Source: Massalongia carnosa (Eukaryota). From it: DNA of 64,000 bases. The DNA is taken from NCBI GenBank assembly GCA_965645245.1, contig OZ287078.1, positions 1,240,001-1,304,000 of the forward strand, read 5' to 3'. Every line of letters begins with the position of its first letter. The stretch's first letter is position 1. A model generated the notes under the pieces. It was not told the origin of the DNA and ran no database searches. It worked only from the letters and a program-made list of their open reading frames with translations. Below are positions 33,929 to 46,884 of this stretch, piece by piece. Position numbers and translations under genes: made by a program.

Positions 33929-35455
33929 AGCCCGGTAGGGATCGCGTGGTGGCGGCGTTTCGCTCGGGGGGGAGGGTCGGAAGAAGGAAAGTTTTAGGGG
34001 GAAGGGGGAAAGGGGGATGCGTGAACGAATTGGTGGTGGGAAGGCGGGAGGCGGGGGGCGTGGGGATAGGGGGGATGGTGGTGGGAGCTTGGAGGTTTAG
34101 GGGGGGTCTCCTGGCAAAGCGCCTTTGGCAATAAATCATTGGGTTCTTAATACATTGGGGGAGTTTCCGAGCGTGCGAAGCATACATACATGCAGATTTC
34201 CCCCATCGTCACTCGCTCTTTTCCCCCTCACATCTACTCTAGCTATGTATTCGTACATACAGCAAAGCCTTTCGAAATCTTCTATTTTTTTTCTCGTGCA
34301 TCGATTGGTTTTGATTTTGATTTTTCGCTTCGTGCCGTACGTCGCATCTGTCTGCCCATGTGTATGTCCGATTCGTAAATTTCGATTGCAGTGGGTTGGT
34401 AGATAGGTAGGTTGGTAGCTGCTTGGAATAAGTAAGAGGATAGAGAATAGAGAAACTGGCTTGGTTGAGTGGGTGGATGGGTGAACTTGGACATGAACAG
34501 CCAGCCAGCTAGCTAGCTGTCGATATTAATATCATATACACCCTGAACTCAGGATTAGCAGTTACCATCTTCGTGCAAGACCGCTTTACGGGGGGTAGGT
34601 ACCAAGGGAGCAGAGGGGAGCATGCAGAGAAGAAGACCTCAATACTAGGGGGTTCTTGCTTGATTGTCTTGAACCCGGCTATAGCTGCTGGAGTAAGCAT
34701 ATTACAAAACAAGTTATCCAATGTATTGGAATTTGCCGAGATACCTGAATAGTTGCGACGGAGGTTCTTTTGCCTCCTGCTTACTAATTTCCAGATTAGG
34801 CAATCATAGTTATGCTATGCGAAAAGCTTCAGATATCGGCACGACTTCGGCAACTACGAGGAGGCAAAGGTATGCAGCAAAAATGCTATATTTCGGAGGC
34901 AATTCAGCTGTTCATGATCACTGAGTGTCTCGGTGTCTCCGGTCAGCGATAAGGTGTATTTTGCCCAGCTGAAAAGGTTCAAGGGAAGCAGGTTCATGCA
35001 TTTGATATAGGCCGAGATGGAGGCCCTCAAGCAGTATAAAGAGACGGTGATTCCTCATGTAATTTAGCTATTCAGTCGTTCAGAATTCATTTCAGCAGAT
35101 AGCTAAATTTGGAGTATCTTCACTGGAAATACGGAGTACCTGCATCACGTTTGCCAAGCACTTCTCTTTGCCTATCCTTGATAGCCCTAGACCCTCTTCT
35201 CCTGCATCCCGCTGCCGTATGCCTGGTTGATTTTTTGTTCAACAATAGCTACTTTAATCAGCCAGAACTAGGTCTTAAAGATCAGCCAGATATATTTTGT
35301 ATATCTTTGTATGTATTTAGAGTAATTGGAGAAAGCTCCTTCAATCTCCCCTTAAATTCCTCCTTCTCCTCCCCATTCCCCTTATTTACAGACATTCATC
35401 GATCCATCCCTCCCTCCATCCTCTCTTTTCTCCCACTCTTCGTCATGTGTATAGA

Positions 35456-35512
35456 CAACAATAACAACGACGACGACGACGATGACGACAACAACACCAA
35501 CAACAATAACGA
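35456..35512. repeat. Compound (AAC)/(GAC) trinucleotide microsatellite
   Basis: caacaataacaacgacgacgacgacgatgacgacaacaacaccaacaacaataac, downstream of the carboxypeptidase gene. Confidence 0.85.
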
Positions 35513-35870
35513 ACGAACGAAAGAACGGAAATGGTAATGAGGATGCGAATGAAAATGAAAATGCGAGCGTTGTTTGTTGGTCGAGGGAAGAGGAAAGGAG
35601 GAAGAGAAGGGGAAAGGAAAGGGGGAGGGAGAAGAAGAAAAAAGACGACTGTCCGACTCAATATCTGTGTACGTACGGTATACGAAACGAAACGAAAGGG
35701 AGATTTATCGGGTGTTTTCTACTATGTACAGAAACCAGCAAATCCCTGTGATATTTCCCATCGAAGTGACCGTTGAATGCAATACATATAAGAGAGACAA
35801 ACCCCCACCGACTCGTCTATCTAATTCCCCTCTTACCCCTTCCTACCCCCCCTCCTCACTTCTCAAACCC

Positions 35871-37543
35871 CTAAGTAGAGCTCAGCGGCTCCCCCTTCAT
35901 CGTCTGCACAAAAACCTGCAACGCCAATTTAGGCGTATAAAACGGCACCTCATGGCCCGCGCCGAACACGCGCAAAAAGCTGAAGTTATCTTGAGTCTTA
36001 AAGGTGCCGCCCGCGGCGCCATTGACCGTGTAGCTGGTCAGGGGCTTGGCTTTGAAGGCGGCTTGGCCGGGGTAGGTGACGGCTTCGGCGGCGACTTGGT
36101 TGCCGATCCAGTTGCAGATGTAGTCGGCGTCGCCAGCCCACTGGGTGGAGATTAGGGTTTTGGGGGGCTACAGGGGGGAATGGAGACGTACTACTACTGT
36201 TCGCACGCCGGCGTTGACAACAGCGGAAAGGGCCGGAAGGAAAGTGCGAGAACCTAGTGCTAGAGATTAGAGAGTAGGTTCCAAGATGGAAGGGATGATG
36301 AATGCGCAGAGAGAAGACTTACTGTCTCCGGTTGCGGCAAACTTGTCCCCAGGCGCATTGGCGCACTGCTGGTAAGTGCTCTTCGCCCCAATCGCTCGGA
36401 CCACGGACGGGTCTGCAAGATATTGACTATATGTTTTCGGGGGATTAGGATCATCGCTGCCAGCCCGAACATCGTAAACGTCGAAATCCGCCTCCTGTGT
36501 CAAGGCGCCCTCGATGCCCTGGTAACAGATATCATCGGCGCGGACGCAGGCGGCGTCGCTCCCAGAACTCCGGCATGCCTGCAGCGCGGGAATGCATTCA
36601 TTTTTTAAGACGTCGAGGTATTGCTGACGCTGGGAGGCGGTGATGATTTGCTTGTAGGGGTTGTTGAAGCTGTAGTCGATGTAGGATTTCTCTTGAAGGA
36701 GAGAGTCAAACAAGCCGTCATTGACGCCGAGCGCAACGAGTTTGACGTTTTGGCCGGTGACGGAACCAGCGGTTATCGCAGCGTTTTGCTTGTCAAAAAA
36801 GTCGGCAAACGCGGGTCCGTAGTCTTTCCAGCCATGTCAGCTGGATGATACTGATGCCATGATCATCCGCCACGACGGTGTATTACTTACGTCCGCCATA
36901 TGATTCGGTCCAGATGCCAAACTCTCGGCTTTCGTACTGGGGGAATTGGTCATAGAACGCTTGCAAAAAGGTCCAGACAAACGGCGCGGCAGTAGCAGTC
37001 GACGTGACTGGATCATCACCATAGGAGAAGCCCACCCCAATAGGCTGGTCAATGTATAGCATGTTGGCATAATTATTCCAGCTGTATGGATTGAGTGACG
37101 GCGTCGAGGCGCCATTGAAGAATTGGCATGGGCCGTTTTCTTGGAAGAGCCCAATCATGCTGGAGCAGCCCGGACCTCCATTGAACCAGGTGGCCAGCGG
37201 CGCCGTGGTGGGATTCTGACGTGCCTCGAAACTGTTCCAAGGGTGAGAGGAGCCAATGAGTGGGTCAGCGGACGACTCACAACCAAAACCACATGTTCTC
37301 GTTAGGTCCGACGGATAGATACCCTGAGTATTGATTCACGCCCGGGGTGGTCTCGCAGATGCCGGAGTTGGTGACAAACTCCATCTTCGCACCCGTGGCA
37401 GCATGTTCGAAGACGGTGAAATTGGTGCCATCCCGCTCAACAAAGGAGCGCTTGTTCTTGGAGCTAGGTTCACTGGGGAAAGGCGATGCAAATGTGAGGC
37501 CGCCCAAGGTCAGACCGGACAGCAGTTGAGTAGAGAAGCGCAT
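35871..37543 (-). CDS. Secreted serine carboxypeptidase (S10, carboxypeptidase S1-like), 5 exons (37543-37281, 37231-36891, 36823-36323, 36253-36192, 36140-35871)
   Basis: Signal peptide; ICETTPGVNQYSGY, WFFEAR, WFNGGPGCSSM, YIDQPIGVGFSY, ESYGGHYGP (Ser), WAGDADYICN (Asp), GAGHEVP (His). All four introns are GT-AG and splice in frame. Confidence 0.95.
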
Positions 37544-39520
37544 ATTGGATGCAGGGATGGGCTGGAGACGAATGAGTGGATTGCGAACATCACTCCCACA
37601 GATATGACCGCCATCTTATATAGACATGGAATTCAATACAGTCGCTGGCTCTTCTTGGCGACTGCCCTCGCTGCATTGGTAGAATAGAGCAGGTGCATGT
37701 CAACGAGGAAGGACGTTTTCCAGCATGCTTAACGCTCCGAGGTTCGATATCGATTATCGTCGCCACACGAAGACATTTTTTCTGGTAAGACAGCAACTGG
37801 ATAATTTGTGGTAGGTAGACACGGGGTGCATTTTGGCTAGATAACTGAGATATCTAAGCCAACATCCTCTTTGGGATGATCAGCCGATTATCTGGGATGA
37901 GAACTCAACACAATCCAAGCGACATATGGATTGGTAGGATCGAGTAGCCAGAATGTAGGTCGGAAGGTGGCAGAGAGACGAACTCATCGTGCTGCTGATT
38001 TCGAAAATGCAAGAACATTCTTGCTAGTCACTGGTGGTGATGCTTAAGTAAGCATACGATTCGTCGGTTTTCATACTCGAGATGCGGGCTACCAACTTCA
38101 ACAACATCGTTACTTTACACCGTTAACGTGACGATTGGTGAACGTTGCTGGCCTTCTCATCTTGCTCGAAGTTCTTTTACTTCCTTCCTCTTTCTCTAGT
38201 ATGATCTCGAGTGCGATCTGCCGTCGAGCCGTGGTGATCCAAGACATTCTCTTTCCTAATTCAGGAATGGTCCGCAGCATACATGCTCAAATCGAGGAAA
38301 AATAACAAATGCGGTCGATGCCGGAGGCTGAAGGCGATGTCGGCAAGTCAATCACGGAACTTCTAGAATGCTGCAGTTGCTTCTATCGAGATGGCGCAGA
38401 ATGGCGTTTGAAGAACGCCGAATATTGTACTTCGTATCCTACTTCCACATTGAGCATAGCCTCCACACTTTCTACAGGATCGGTTTATCTGGACGATCTC
38501 CGTCGGCCTCCATCAGGAGAAGAAGCTCTAAATTTCTACTCGGTACCAAGAGCGATATGCCAAGCATATGAGACCGAAGCCCTCAAAATATGCCAGTTTC
38601 GTGCGTATGAATCGCCCACTCGAAGGTGATTTATGGGCTCGAATCCAACAGTTGCTTGCAGCTTCTCGAATCTACCAGATCCCTTGAGTGTACCCCTAGT
38701 CCTTGGACTTACCAGTTACCGTTTCCAAAGATGCGTCCTTAAGTGCTTCATCATAAATAACCAGAACCTACAGTGTAGCTTGTGTCGGTTCTATTATTTG
38801 CGGTCATCTTTCTTCAGGGCAAACCTGTGCTTGTCCTTGATGCTAGATTCTTCCTTGTTTTCTAATAATGGTTGATCTCGTGACTCTGGCTTGTTTTACA
38901 GCTGTTCATTAGCTTAAGATATAAATCGGTTTCAAATCGTGTATGCAACGAAAGACAGCAGTCAAATACCTTGTTTTCATGACCCGTCCCTTACAAAAGC
39001 TGAAACGTGTTATTCAAGGCCAATCTACTTGACAACTTTTGAGAATTGGAGCGTGTTTTGACCCACGTTGCCAGTATCGTACAGTAGAGCTAAAATTTGT
39101 CGATATGTAAGCTATTTCTATCTATTAACGCCGATCACCTGGCTGCAGCTCCTCACTGAATTCCTCACAAGCATTGGAAAATATCAAAATAAGATAAGCC
39201 GCGTCGTGCGTGTTTCCTGCCAAGGTCAAAAAGGGAGTTATGAGTAAATACGATTAGAACCGAGTGCCATTCCGAGAACTAATACATGGTAAGTGGCCAA
39301 TCGTCGCAAGTCCAAATGAAAGGAGTAAGCTAACCTTGAGAGTAACATAGAGTAATTATTGCCTGAACCGATAAACGGCAAGAGGAAATCCATGTTTGTT
39401 TCGGCTAAGTGGCTAGTATTCTGTCCGTCAGCACAAACGATTATACTTGCTAGAAGTATTTCTACCTTGAACCTAGGTATATTTGAAACTGATGCATGAC
39501 ACTTCTGCGTTTTTAATCCC

Positions 39521-40207
39521 CTAGACTCTTGGCCAGTAATACCCGTCAATAGCATGGGTAAACTCTCTCAACGCAAGGCAGAGTTCGTGCACTTCCGGCC
39601 CTTCCCTCTGGGCGGTGTACCGAAGGGCAAATTCCTTGAAGCGGTCATCCAGACCTGCAAGCAGACAGGAAACAACAACCCAATCGTCAAGTGGGAAGCA
39701 CTCGTCAAGTATGGTTTGCCGGCAGTACTTTATGTCGCGGATGTACAATTCTATCGAGCCTCCACGCGACGCAAGAGTGATATGAGACATCGCCTGGAGA
39801 AGGCGATGCGCAGTGGTGAAACCTACGCCGAGAAAGGAAAGTCTCAGAAACTTCCATACTTTCATTGCAGACTTCTGGGAAGGGTCGATCGAGCCAGCAA
39901 TCTCGTCGCTGCACTTGCTCCGTATGAGCCCGATTGCTGTCTTATGCTGTTGCTTCCGTTTCTTCAAAGCGTCCTCGAAGATTTCCCATAGGATCTCGTT
40001 GGTATTTTTTACCATAACCGTTGTTCCATCAGGCTGAAGCGCCGGCACCTTCGCTGGTTCATTCGGGATGTCATTCGACTCAACAACATGCCACAGCCGA
40101 TCAAACTCCAACGCAATTCTGATGGCGCGCGCCCAGTTACGATAATTTTCCGTGCCTGTCAATCTCGGGAACTGCCACCGGGGGCCGATTGGTTCTTCGC
40201 GGTCCAT
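39521..40207 (-). mobile_element. Ty1/copia retrotransposon gag ORF (relic element, no intact pol seen)
   Basis: FPRLTGTENYRNWARAIRIAL..LWHVVE..AIGLIRSKCS..SAMKVWKFL..LLAGLDDRFKEF is the copia gag (Retrotran_gag_2-like) pattern. ATG at 40207. Confidence 0.85.
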
Positions 40208-42398
40208 GACTTTAGGTGAGCTCTTAGCCAATGATCTGAAAGGAGATTATGGCAAGGTGACAAAAGAGGACCGATGAAGCAGCGGACCAGAGTGTATGGA
40301 GATTTGTGATGCTTTTGTGATGATGGGTTATGAATTTGTATTAGTCCTACGGATTTATATAAATCCACCTAATCTCCGCTGCGTAGGGTGACGATATGAG
40401 ATGTTGACGCTATGACAGTTAAGGTTGGCAAGTTGATGTGTCTCTACTTTTGATATGTCTTTCGTCCTCTCAGTAGCTTTTGTCCACCTCTCACTCATCA
40501 AAATATCTCATACGACATCTTATGACAGATCCTCATCACCAAGCCCACAGGCGATCAAGGACCCTTGATCAAGGGCTCTCAAGCCTTAAGAACTCCTGAT
40601 ATTCATCCCTAAAACATAGAAGAATCTTCAATTTTAAGGTATAGTGAAGTATCTCTGTTTATCTTTCGCCCCTTCATTTCTCTTTATATGCTTCCCCTCC
40701 AATTTTTTACATGAGTATAAAATCATCTTACATACCACTAGAATTCCAATCAACTCTTGAGAAAATATCGTGAAGCCACAGCATTTTTCGAAGAGATACA
40801 CCTCAGGCAACCTTTTTCCATCTCGGGGGTCGTCGGGCCTGTGTGAATGTGTCTTGAGACGGTGCAATTGTCGTAGAATGATGGAGCGTCAAGCAAAATG
40901 CGCTGGAAAAATGCAACAGTCTCACGTCCTTTGTAGATACAACCAGTCGAGTTCACGCGAAACACAGAACCACTGACATCTCCGATCCACTGACACTTCT
41001 ACGTATACCCAGACAAAGGCTAGAACCATCCTCGGAAGTACTCCTTATGACAAGACAAGGACTTCAAAAGCCTTCTCACATACCAATCACCCCTTTCGTG
41101 CCCCTCTGGTTGCTTTCCAGCTCTTTCTTCAACCTAATATTCTGCCTAACCCGCAACAACGCACGCACTATCGTCATTGTAGACACCATCTCATTGTCAC
41201 CAACCTTCAGACATGTATCGCTCTTGCAACCCAAAAAACGAACCCCTCAAACACATTGCAGCTTCGCCGCATCCATATATATCCATATCCAGATTACGAG
41301 CAGAGCGGCAGAGAGAGGACGTGGGTGAACAGCTCCGAAACCAATCAATTAATCGGATAATCCTCACTACCACTTCCTGACTAAAACCATCTCTTGGTTT
41401 CCTGGGAGGTTTGGTGCAGGATCAATAAATACGCGGGAAGGAGTCGGGAGGGTTTATGAACAACATGATTGGAGGAAAGGGGGGTATACATAAATACTCA
41501 TCCTCTTTCAGCAAAGAGTCCATACAATGAGCATTTAATGTCAAATACAAAATGTACACAAATGGACACTTGAACGTTTCCCCTACCTACCTACTTAATC
41601 TTACCATACTTATCCACCCAACCTTCCCCCCTCCCCTATCCTACCCCATCCCTATTCCACATACATACCCACCTCTAATATATCCCTATCCGCTACCCAC
41701 CACCCACCACCCGCCACCTATCAATCGTCCCATCCATCCCCACCATCCGGCTCAACTCATCCTCTGTAATGATTTTGCGAGGCCGCTCTGGATCCAAGGT
41801 ATGTACTTGGCTTGGGTTGGAAGGGGGAAAGAAAGAAAGAAAGGAGATGTTATATGTATGTATATCCATATATGTACCTACATGTCTAAATACCTAACCA
41901 CCTAACTGATCAACCACGCAAGGCCATCATCATCACCACATCGAATCAAATCGGGTAAGCAAAAATGGAAGGAGGGGGAGGGGAGGAGGGGGGAGAGAAT
42001 CCCAAGACTCTGAGCAAGTAAGCGAAAGTCGGTCGCCTGGATTGTATTATCCTAAAGAGCTTCGTATGGCTAAGGACCTAGGGTAGGTAGGTAGTAAGTA
42101 GGACCTTCTATAGAGAGATAGGACGGACGCGTAAATACGCGTGAACTTTTCTCTTTGCAAAGCTGAGAGAGTAACCCCCCGGGACCAACAATGTACGCAA
42201 AGAAAACGCATGGGAAATGCTCCCCTCGTTCTCCCATCAACGAATCTCTAAAACGCCACCCATAATTCCTCCTGCCCCCCAAAAACACCCCCTGGTGCGA
42301 AATCTCGGCCCTCTAGAAAAAATCTCAAGGGTCGACACATGTCGGGAAATAAAACGCATTGTTACACATTGCTGTTGCTGAAGCCCCAAATTCTCTCG

Positions 42399-45300
42399 TT
42401 AATCATCATCGCTTGCCATGCCGCTGTCCCCACCGTTCGTGTAGCTGTCTCGGTTTCCATTGAAGGTGATTTTTAGTTTCGTTTGTCCAGCCAATGTCAT
42501 TGGCGTGCCTACGCTCGAGACGGCGGCCGTGGAGCGACCATCGGCAGGAGTGGAGCTAGGGTCTTCAAAGTCCTGGAGTTCGGGGTAGTTTCGAGTTTCT
42601 TCTTTGAGTTTGGCGATACAGGCAGCCTATTCCTTGGTCAGCGAACTGCATTGCAAAATGATATAGCAAACCCGGCTACATACCTCAATATCATTTGCAT
42701 CTTGGAAGAGTAAACTACCGTCCTCGTTGTATGTCCTGGCGTTGTTGCAAAGAAGTCGAATGTCATCCCTGAATTCCTTTAGGCTTTGATATTCCTCCTT
42801 ATTGATCTTCTTTTTAATGGTGTCCATGGCAACGGGAGACGTGATTATGATGTAGTAATCTGGGTATTGCGCTCTGGGCACTAGCTTGATAAAGGGATCA
42901 ATGATGCCTCTAGTAGGGGGTCCATCATCGTCATCATCGTCGGAAGGTTCACCTGGTATCTCTGCCTCAAGATCCATTAGATGCTGGTAAACGCTATTCA
43001 AAACCTTCTGCAGCAGAGTGCGTTCACTGGTACTCAACGTGTCGGATGCTTTCGATTGCCGAGCCCCCCGTTTTCGCTTCGGTGCTGGGACATCGTCCAT
43101 ATCATCCTCCGCTTTCCGCTTCCCGCCGTTAACCTTCCGCGAGCGCTTCTTCGGTGCCGGCACTTCAGAACTCTCTCTCGAAGGATCTGGTGAGCTGTCG
43201 TGCTTCCCTCGTTTTTCCTTGTTCGCGTTCCGCTTATCGATTTTCGCGTTTCTCCGTTCCACAGCAGCCTCGATGGTGTCCTCATCGTCGTCCACCGCCA
43301 TCAGCCACTGCTCTTCCGTAAGACCGTCATCGTATTTGACCCTTGTTCTTTCCCTTGCTCCCCGACCGGCTATCTCCTCAATTTCCTCAGCGACGGGGTT
43401 GTCTTCTTGTAGGTAAATGTCAGGAAGCTCGTTCTCAGCCATGAGACGAGGCAATTTCCGGTCTGGGCCGTAATCAGGATCTTTGGCTCGTTCCGCGTCA
43501 ATCTTCCGGAAGGCGATCAGCTCCTCGTCGGACCTGGCCATAATGCCGTTTAAGTAATCATCATCCATCTCCTCCTGCTCCTCGAGCTGCTCGGCAGCGT
43601 CCGCACTATCTAACAATGTCCGTAACAGCGCGTCTCGTTCTTCGCTGGTGGATTTGTTGTCAAATTTACCAGCCTGAATGACCTTGCCATCCATGTCCAA
43701 CTTATACTGCGCTCGCTCAAGGATCTTCTCCTCCACCGAGTTCGAACTGATCAGCCGCAGGATTCTGACTTCGTTCTTTTGGCCGATTCGATGGGCGCGA
43801 TCCTGAGCTTGCAAGTCCTGATGAGGATTCCAATCCGAATCGTAAATAATGACTGTATCTGCGGTCTGCAAGTTTAGCCCTAAGCCACCAGCACGGGTTG
43901 ACAGCAGGAAGCAGAAATAGGGCGAGTTTGGTGCATTGAAGAGAGTCAGCAACTCAGAGCGATCATCAGACTTCGTAGAGCCATCCAGGCGTAGATACTT
44001 TAGGCCGCGTAGTCGCAGAAAGTCCTCCATAATGTTCATTATCTGAGTCATCTGAAAAAACATCAAAACCCGATGTCCCGATTCCTTGAACTTGGGTAAG
44101 ATTCTATCAAGCAGCTCAAACTTGCCCGCGGTACGCCATAGCAAGTCGTTGGTGCCTTTGTCGGGGTTCATCTGCTCTTCGACTTGCTCAAACACGAACG
44201 GATGGTTGCATAGTTTCCGTAGCTGCATAAGCATGTTACTCAAGCCACGCATGCCGGTTTTCCCCCCTTTGCCATCACTGACAGACATCTTGTTATATGT
44301 GACTAGCTGCTTATAGAGTTTGGCTTGCAATGCTGAGAACTTGCATTTTATCACCGTCTCCTGCTTTTCTGGTAAATCCTTTTCCACGTCCTTCTTGAGG
44401 CGTCGCAGCAAAAACGGTCGTAGAACCTTGTGCAATCGCCGGATAACCAGCAGTTGCTCTTCTTCTGTAAGTTCCATCTTATCTTGCCCTCCAGTATTGG
44501 AAAAAGGTGTATTGAACCATTCATCAAAGGATTTGACCGATTTAAAAATAGTAGGAAGGACGAAGTTCAAGAGAGCCCAAAGTTCAGGAAGGTTATTTTG
44601 CAAAGGAGTACCCGTTAAAATAAGGCGGAAACGGGTGTTGTAGTACTGAGTGAGCGTGTTGCTCAATTTCGACTGGGCGTTTTTCATACGATGCCCTTCA
44701 TCAACGATCATATGGACCCATTTGATCTTGCTAAGGACCGGTCGATCTTTGATGATGTACTCATAAGTGGTCAACAGCACCTGGAAGTTTCCCCACCGAA
44801 TTTGCTGTTGCTGTTGCTTTCTCGCGTTTGGGGGTCCTTTGTATACCACCCGTGTTACCGAAGGCGCCCATTTCTCAAACTCAATGTTCCAATTCGTAAG
44901 TGTAGTTAGCGGCACTATTACCAGGAACGGACCATTCTGTTTCTTCTTTTCGATAAGGTAAGTTATCAAACTTATGGTTTGAATCGTCTTCCCTAGACCC
45001 ATTTCATCTGCAAGGATGCCGTTGAGGTTGTTGTTATACAGCGATATCATCCATTGCAGGCCCTTGACTTGATACTCCTTTAGCGTCCCACCAACCAAGA
45101 GATTTGGCTGCACCTTGATCTCTTCCTTGATGCGATGCGCTACTTGATAGTAATCTACCTTAGGGCCGTCCTCCACATCATCTTCGCTATCGCTGATGTC
45201 TTCATCGGGAGGGTTGTCATCGCCATAATGTTCAGCGGCATTGCGCTGCTGTTGCTTTACGGATGCGGCTAGCTGACCTAAAAATCCATCGGTTTGCTTG

Positions 45301-46884
45301 AGCAAGTGTGATATACGTGAATCCTTTGCTTGACCAAGAAGCTTTAGATAAGTTACTTCATCGTTTGCCTTCAAAGCTTGCAGACGCTGCTTTGCCGTCC
45401 TCTCTACCCGTTTTTGCTCCTCCTTTTCCATAAGCTGGTGATGCGTCAGCATCATGCGACCAAGCTTCTGCGCTCTGGCCCGCTGGGTTCCAGCATTTTT
45501 GCGTATTTCAGAGCCGTGCTGTAGGATGGACTGAAGATGGTCGATCTGTTTCTGCTTTTCCTTTGTCTCCCGAGCGTCTCGTTGTTGTTTCTCCAATTTC
45601 TCGGTGATTCGAGCTTCACGTAAGGATTGTTTCTTCGTTCTCCTGTACATGGAGCGGTTTGCGGTTTGAGCTAGGTTATCATAATGAATCACGTCCCTAT
45701 TGACTTGTTGGCGTAGGCTACGCTGCTTCGGCAGCAAGCTCAACATCTTGAATTCGATCATAGCTTTCAACTTGAGCCTGTCGTTGACTTGGGCCATCTC
45801 CCCAGCACTCGTATCCCACTCCGCTAAATCGGCCCTCATATCTTTAAGCTCCGTATGGCGGGCCTGTATCCGATTGAATATAACACGATCCCGCTCCTCA
45901 CGAACCCGATCTACATCAACGCCACTAGGCATGATGCTAGGAATCATAGGCCGCTTAGCTCTTGTTGCATGATCCGTGTAGCTTATAGCGGTATCCAGAT
46001 AAGTGTAAGGATTCTTGAACGTTTTATACATCGACAGCATCTTGGGTGTCTTATCTGCTTTGGACCTGACAGGCTGGGAGAGGTGAGCTGCTTGAGAGGC
46101 ATTCTCAAGCACCTGACCAGCGGCAGAAAGCGCTTGTGCAGTCGTTTCTGGACGTTCGGCCTGCTGAGACGCAAAGAGCTGTTTCTGTATGTCGGGTGGA
46201 ATAGGCTTGTTCTTCGTTAGTATTTGGAAGGCGACGATCTGGCTGCGAAGGGTGTTCATTTGGTCTTGAGTGAAACTCGCTGGGGTGATCGGTGGTTTTT
46301 GTGGTGTCCCAGCCGGTTTCCCTACGGCTCCCAGCGACTGGGTTTCCGAATTTACAGGCGAGGTAACTGGAGCAACTTGTAATGAAGCTGAAGCTGGCTT
46401 GGCGGGATTGGCGGCCACTGAAGACATAGCAGCTGCTTGTCCTGCTTCAACCGAGTCAGACAGCTCCAGCAATATCGAAGAATCCACGTACCATTGACTC
46501 CATTACCAGCGTTCTGCACACCGATCGCCTGAGGCTGAAGGGGTTGATGCTGTGGAGCCTGCTGTAGGGCTTGCTGACGTTGGCGGGCATAATTCTTTGA
46601 TTGGCTAATTGCGGCCAATATGTTGTATAGCTTAACATACTCGGGATCGCTTTGAGGTACACCTTGGTCTTTCAACTGCTTGAACCTCTACAGTACCATT
46701 AGAACGCGCGAAAAAATCGAATAGATGTGGAAGCGGAAGTGTAGAGAGAGTGTAGGATGGGGACCGCAAGACCCAGATGTGCTTGGCTTACACTGTACAT
46801 CTCATGCGCTTGGCTCTGTGTGAGGTTTGGGGGGATCATGGGCCCACCCTGCGGCAAGGTGGAAGCGGTCTGCACCGAGGTCAT
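42399..46884 (-). CDS. STH1: SWI2/SNF2-family chromatin remodelling ATPase (RSC Sth1/Snf21 type) with QLQ, HSA, helicase, SnAC and bromodomain; exons 46884-46792, 46687-46492, 46441-42684, 42626-42399
   Basis: GILADEMGLGKT, VDEGHRMK, LTGTPLQN, STRAGGLGLN, QAQDRAHRIGQ, YDDGLTEEQW, YPDYY..NARTYNEDGS. Confidence 0.93.

Noticed and set aside
35109..36155. Plus-strand ORFs of 142 and 193 aa
   Set aside because: Low-complexity sequence and antisense overlap with the carboxypeptidase last exon.
38630..38660. tRNA T-arm-like GGCTCGAATCC
   Set aside because: No cloverleaf or A box can be built around it.
19483..42398. Starship or other giant mobile element carrying the ice-binding gene
   Set aside because: No DUF3435 tyrosine recombinase captain or bounding repeats recognised; the TIR pairs found do not enclose the gene.
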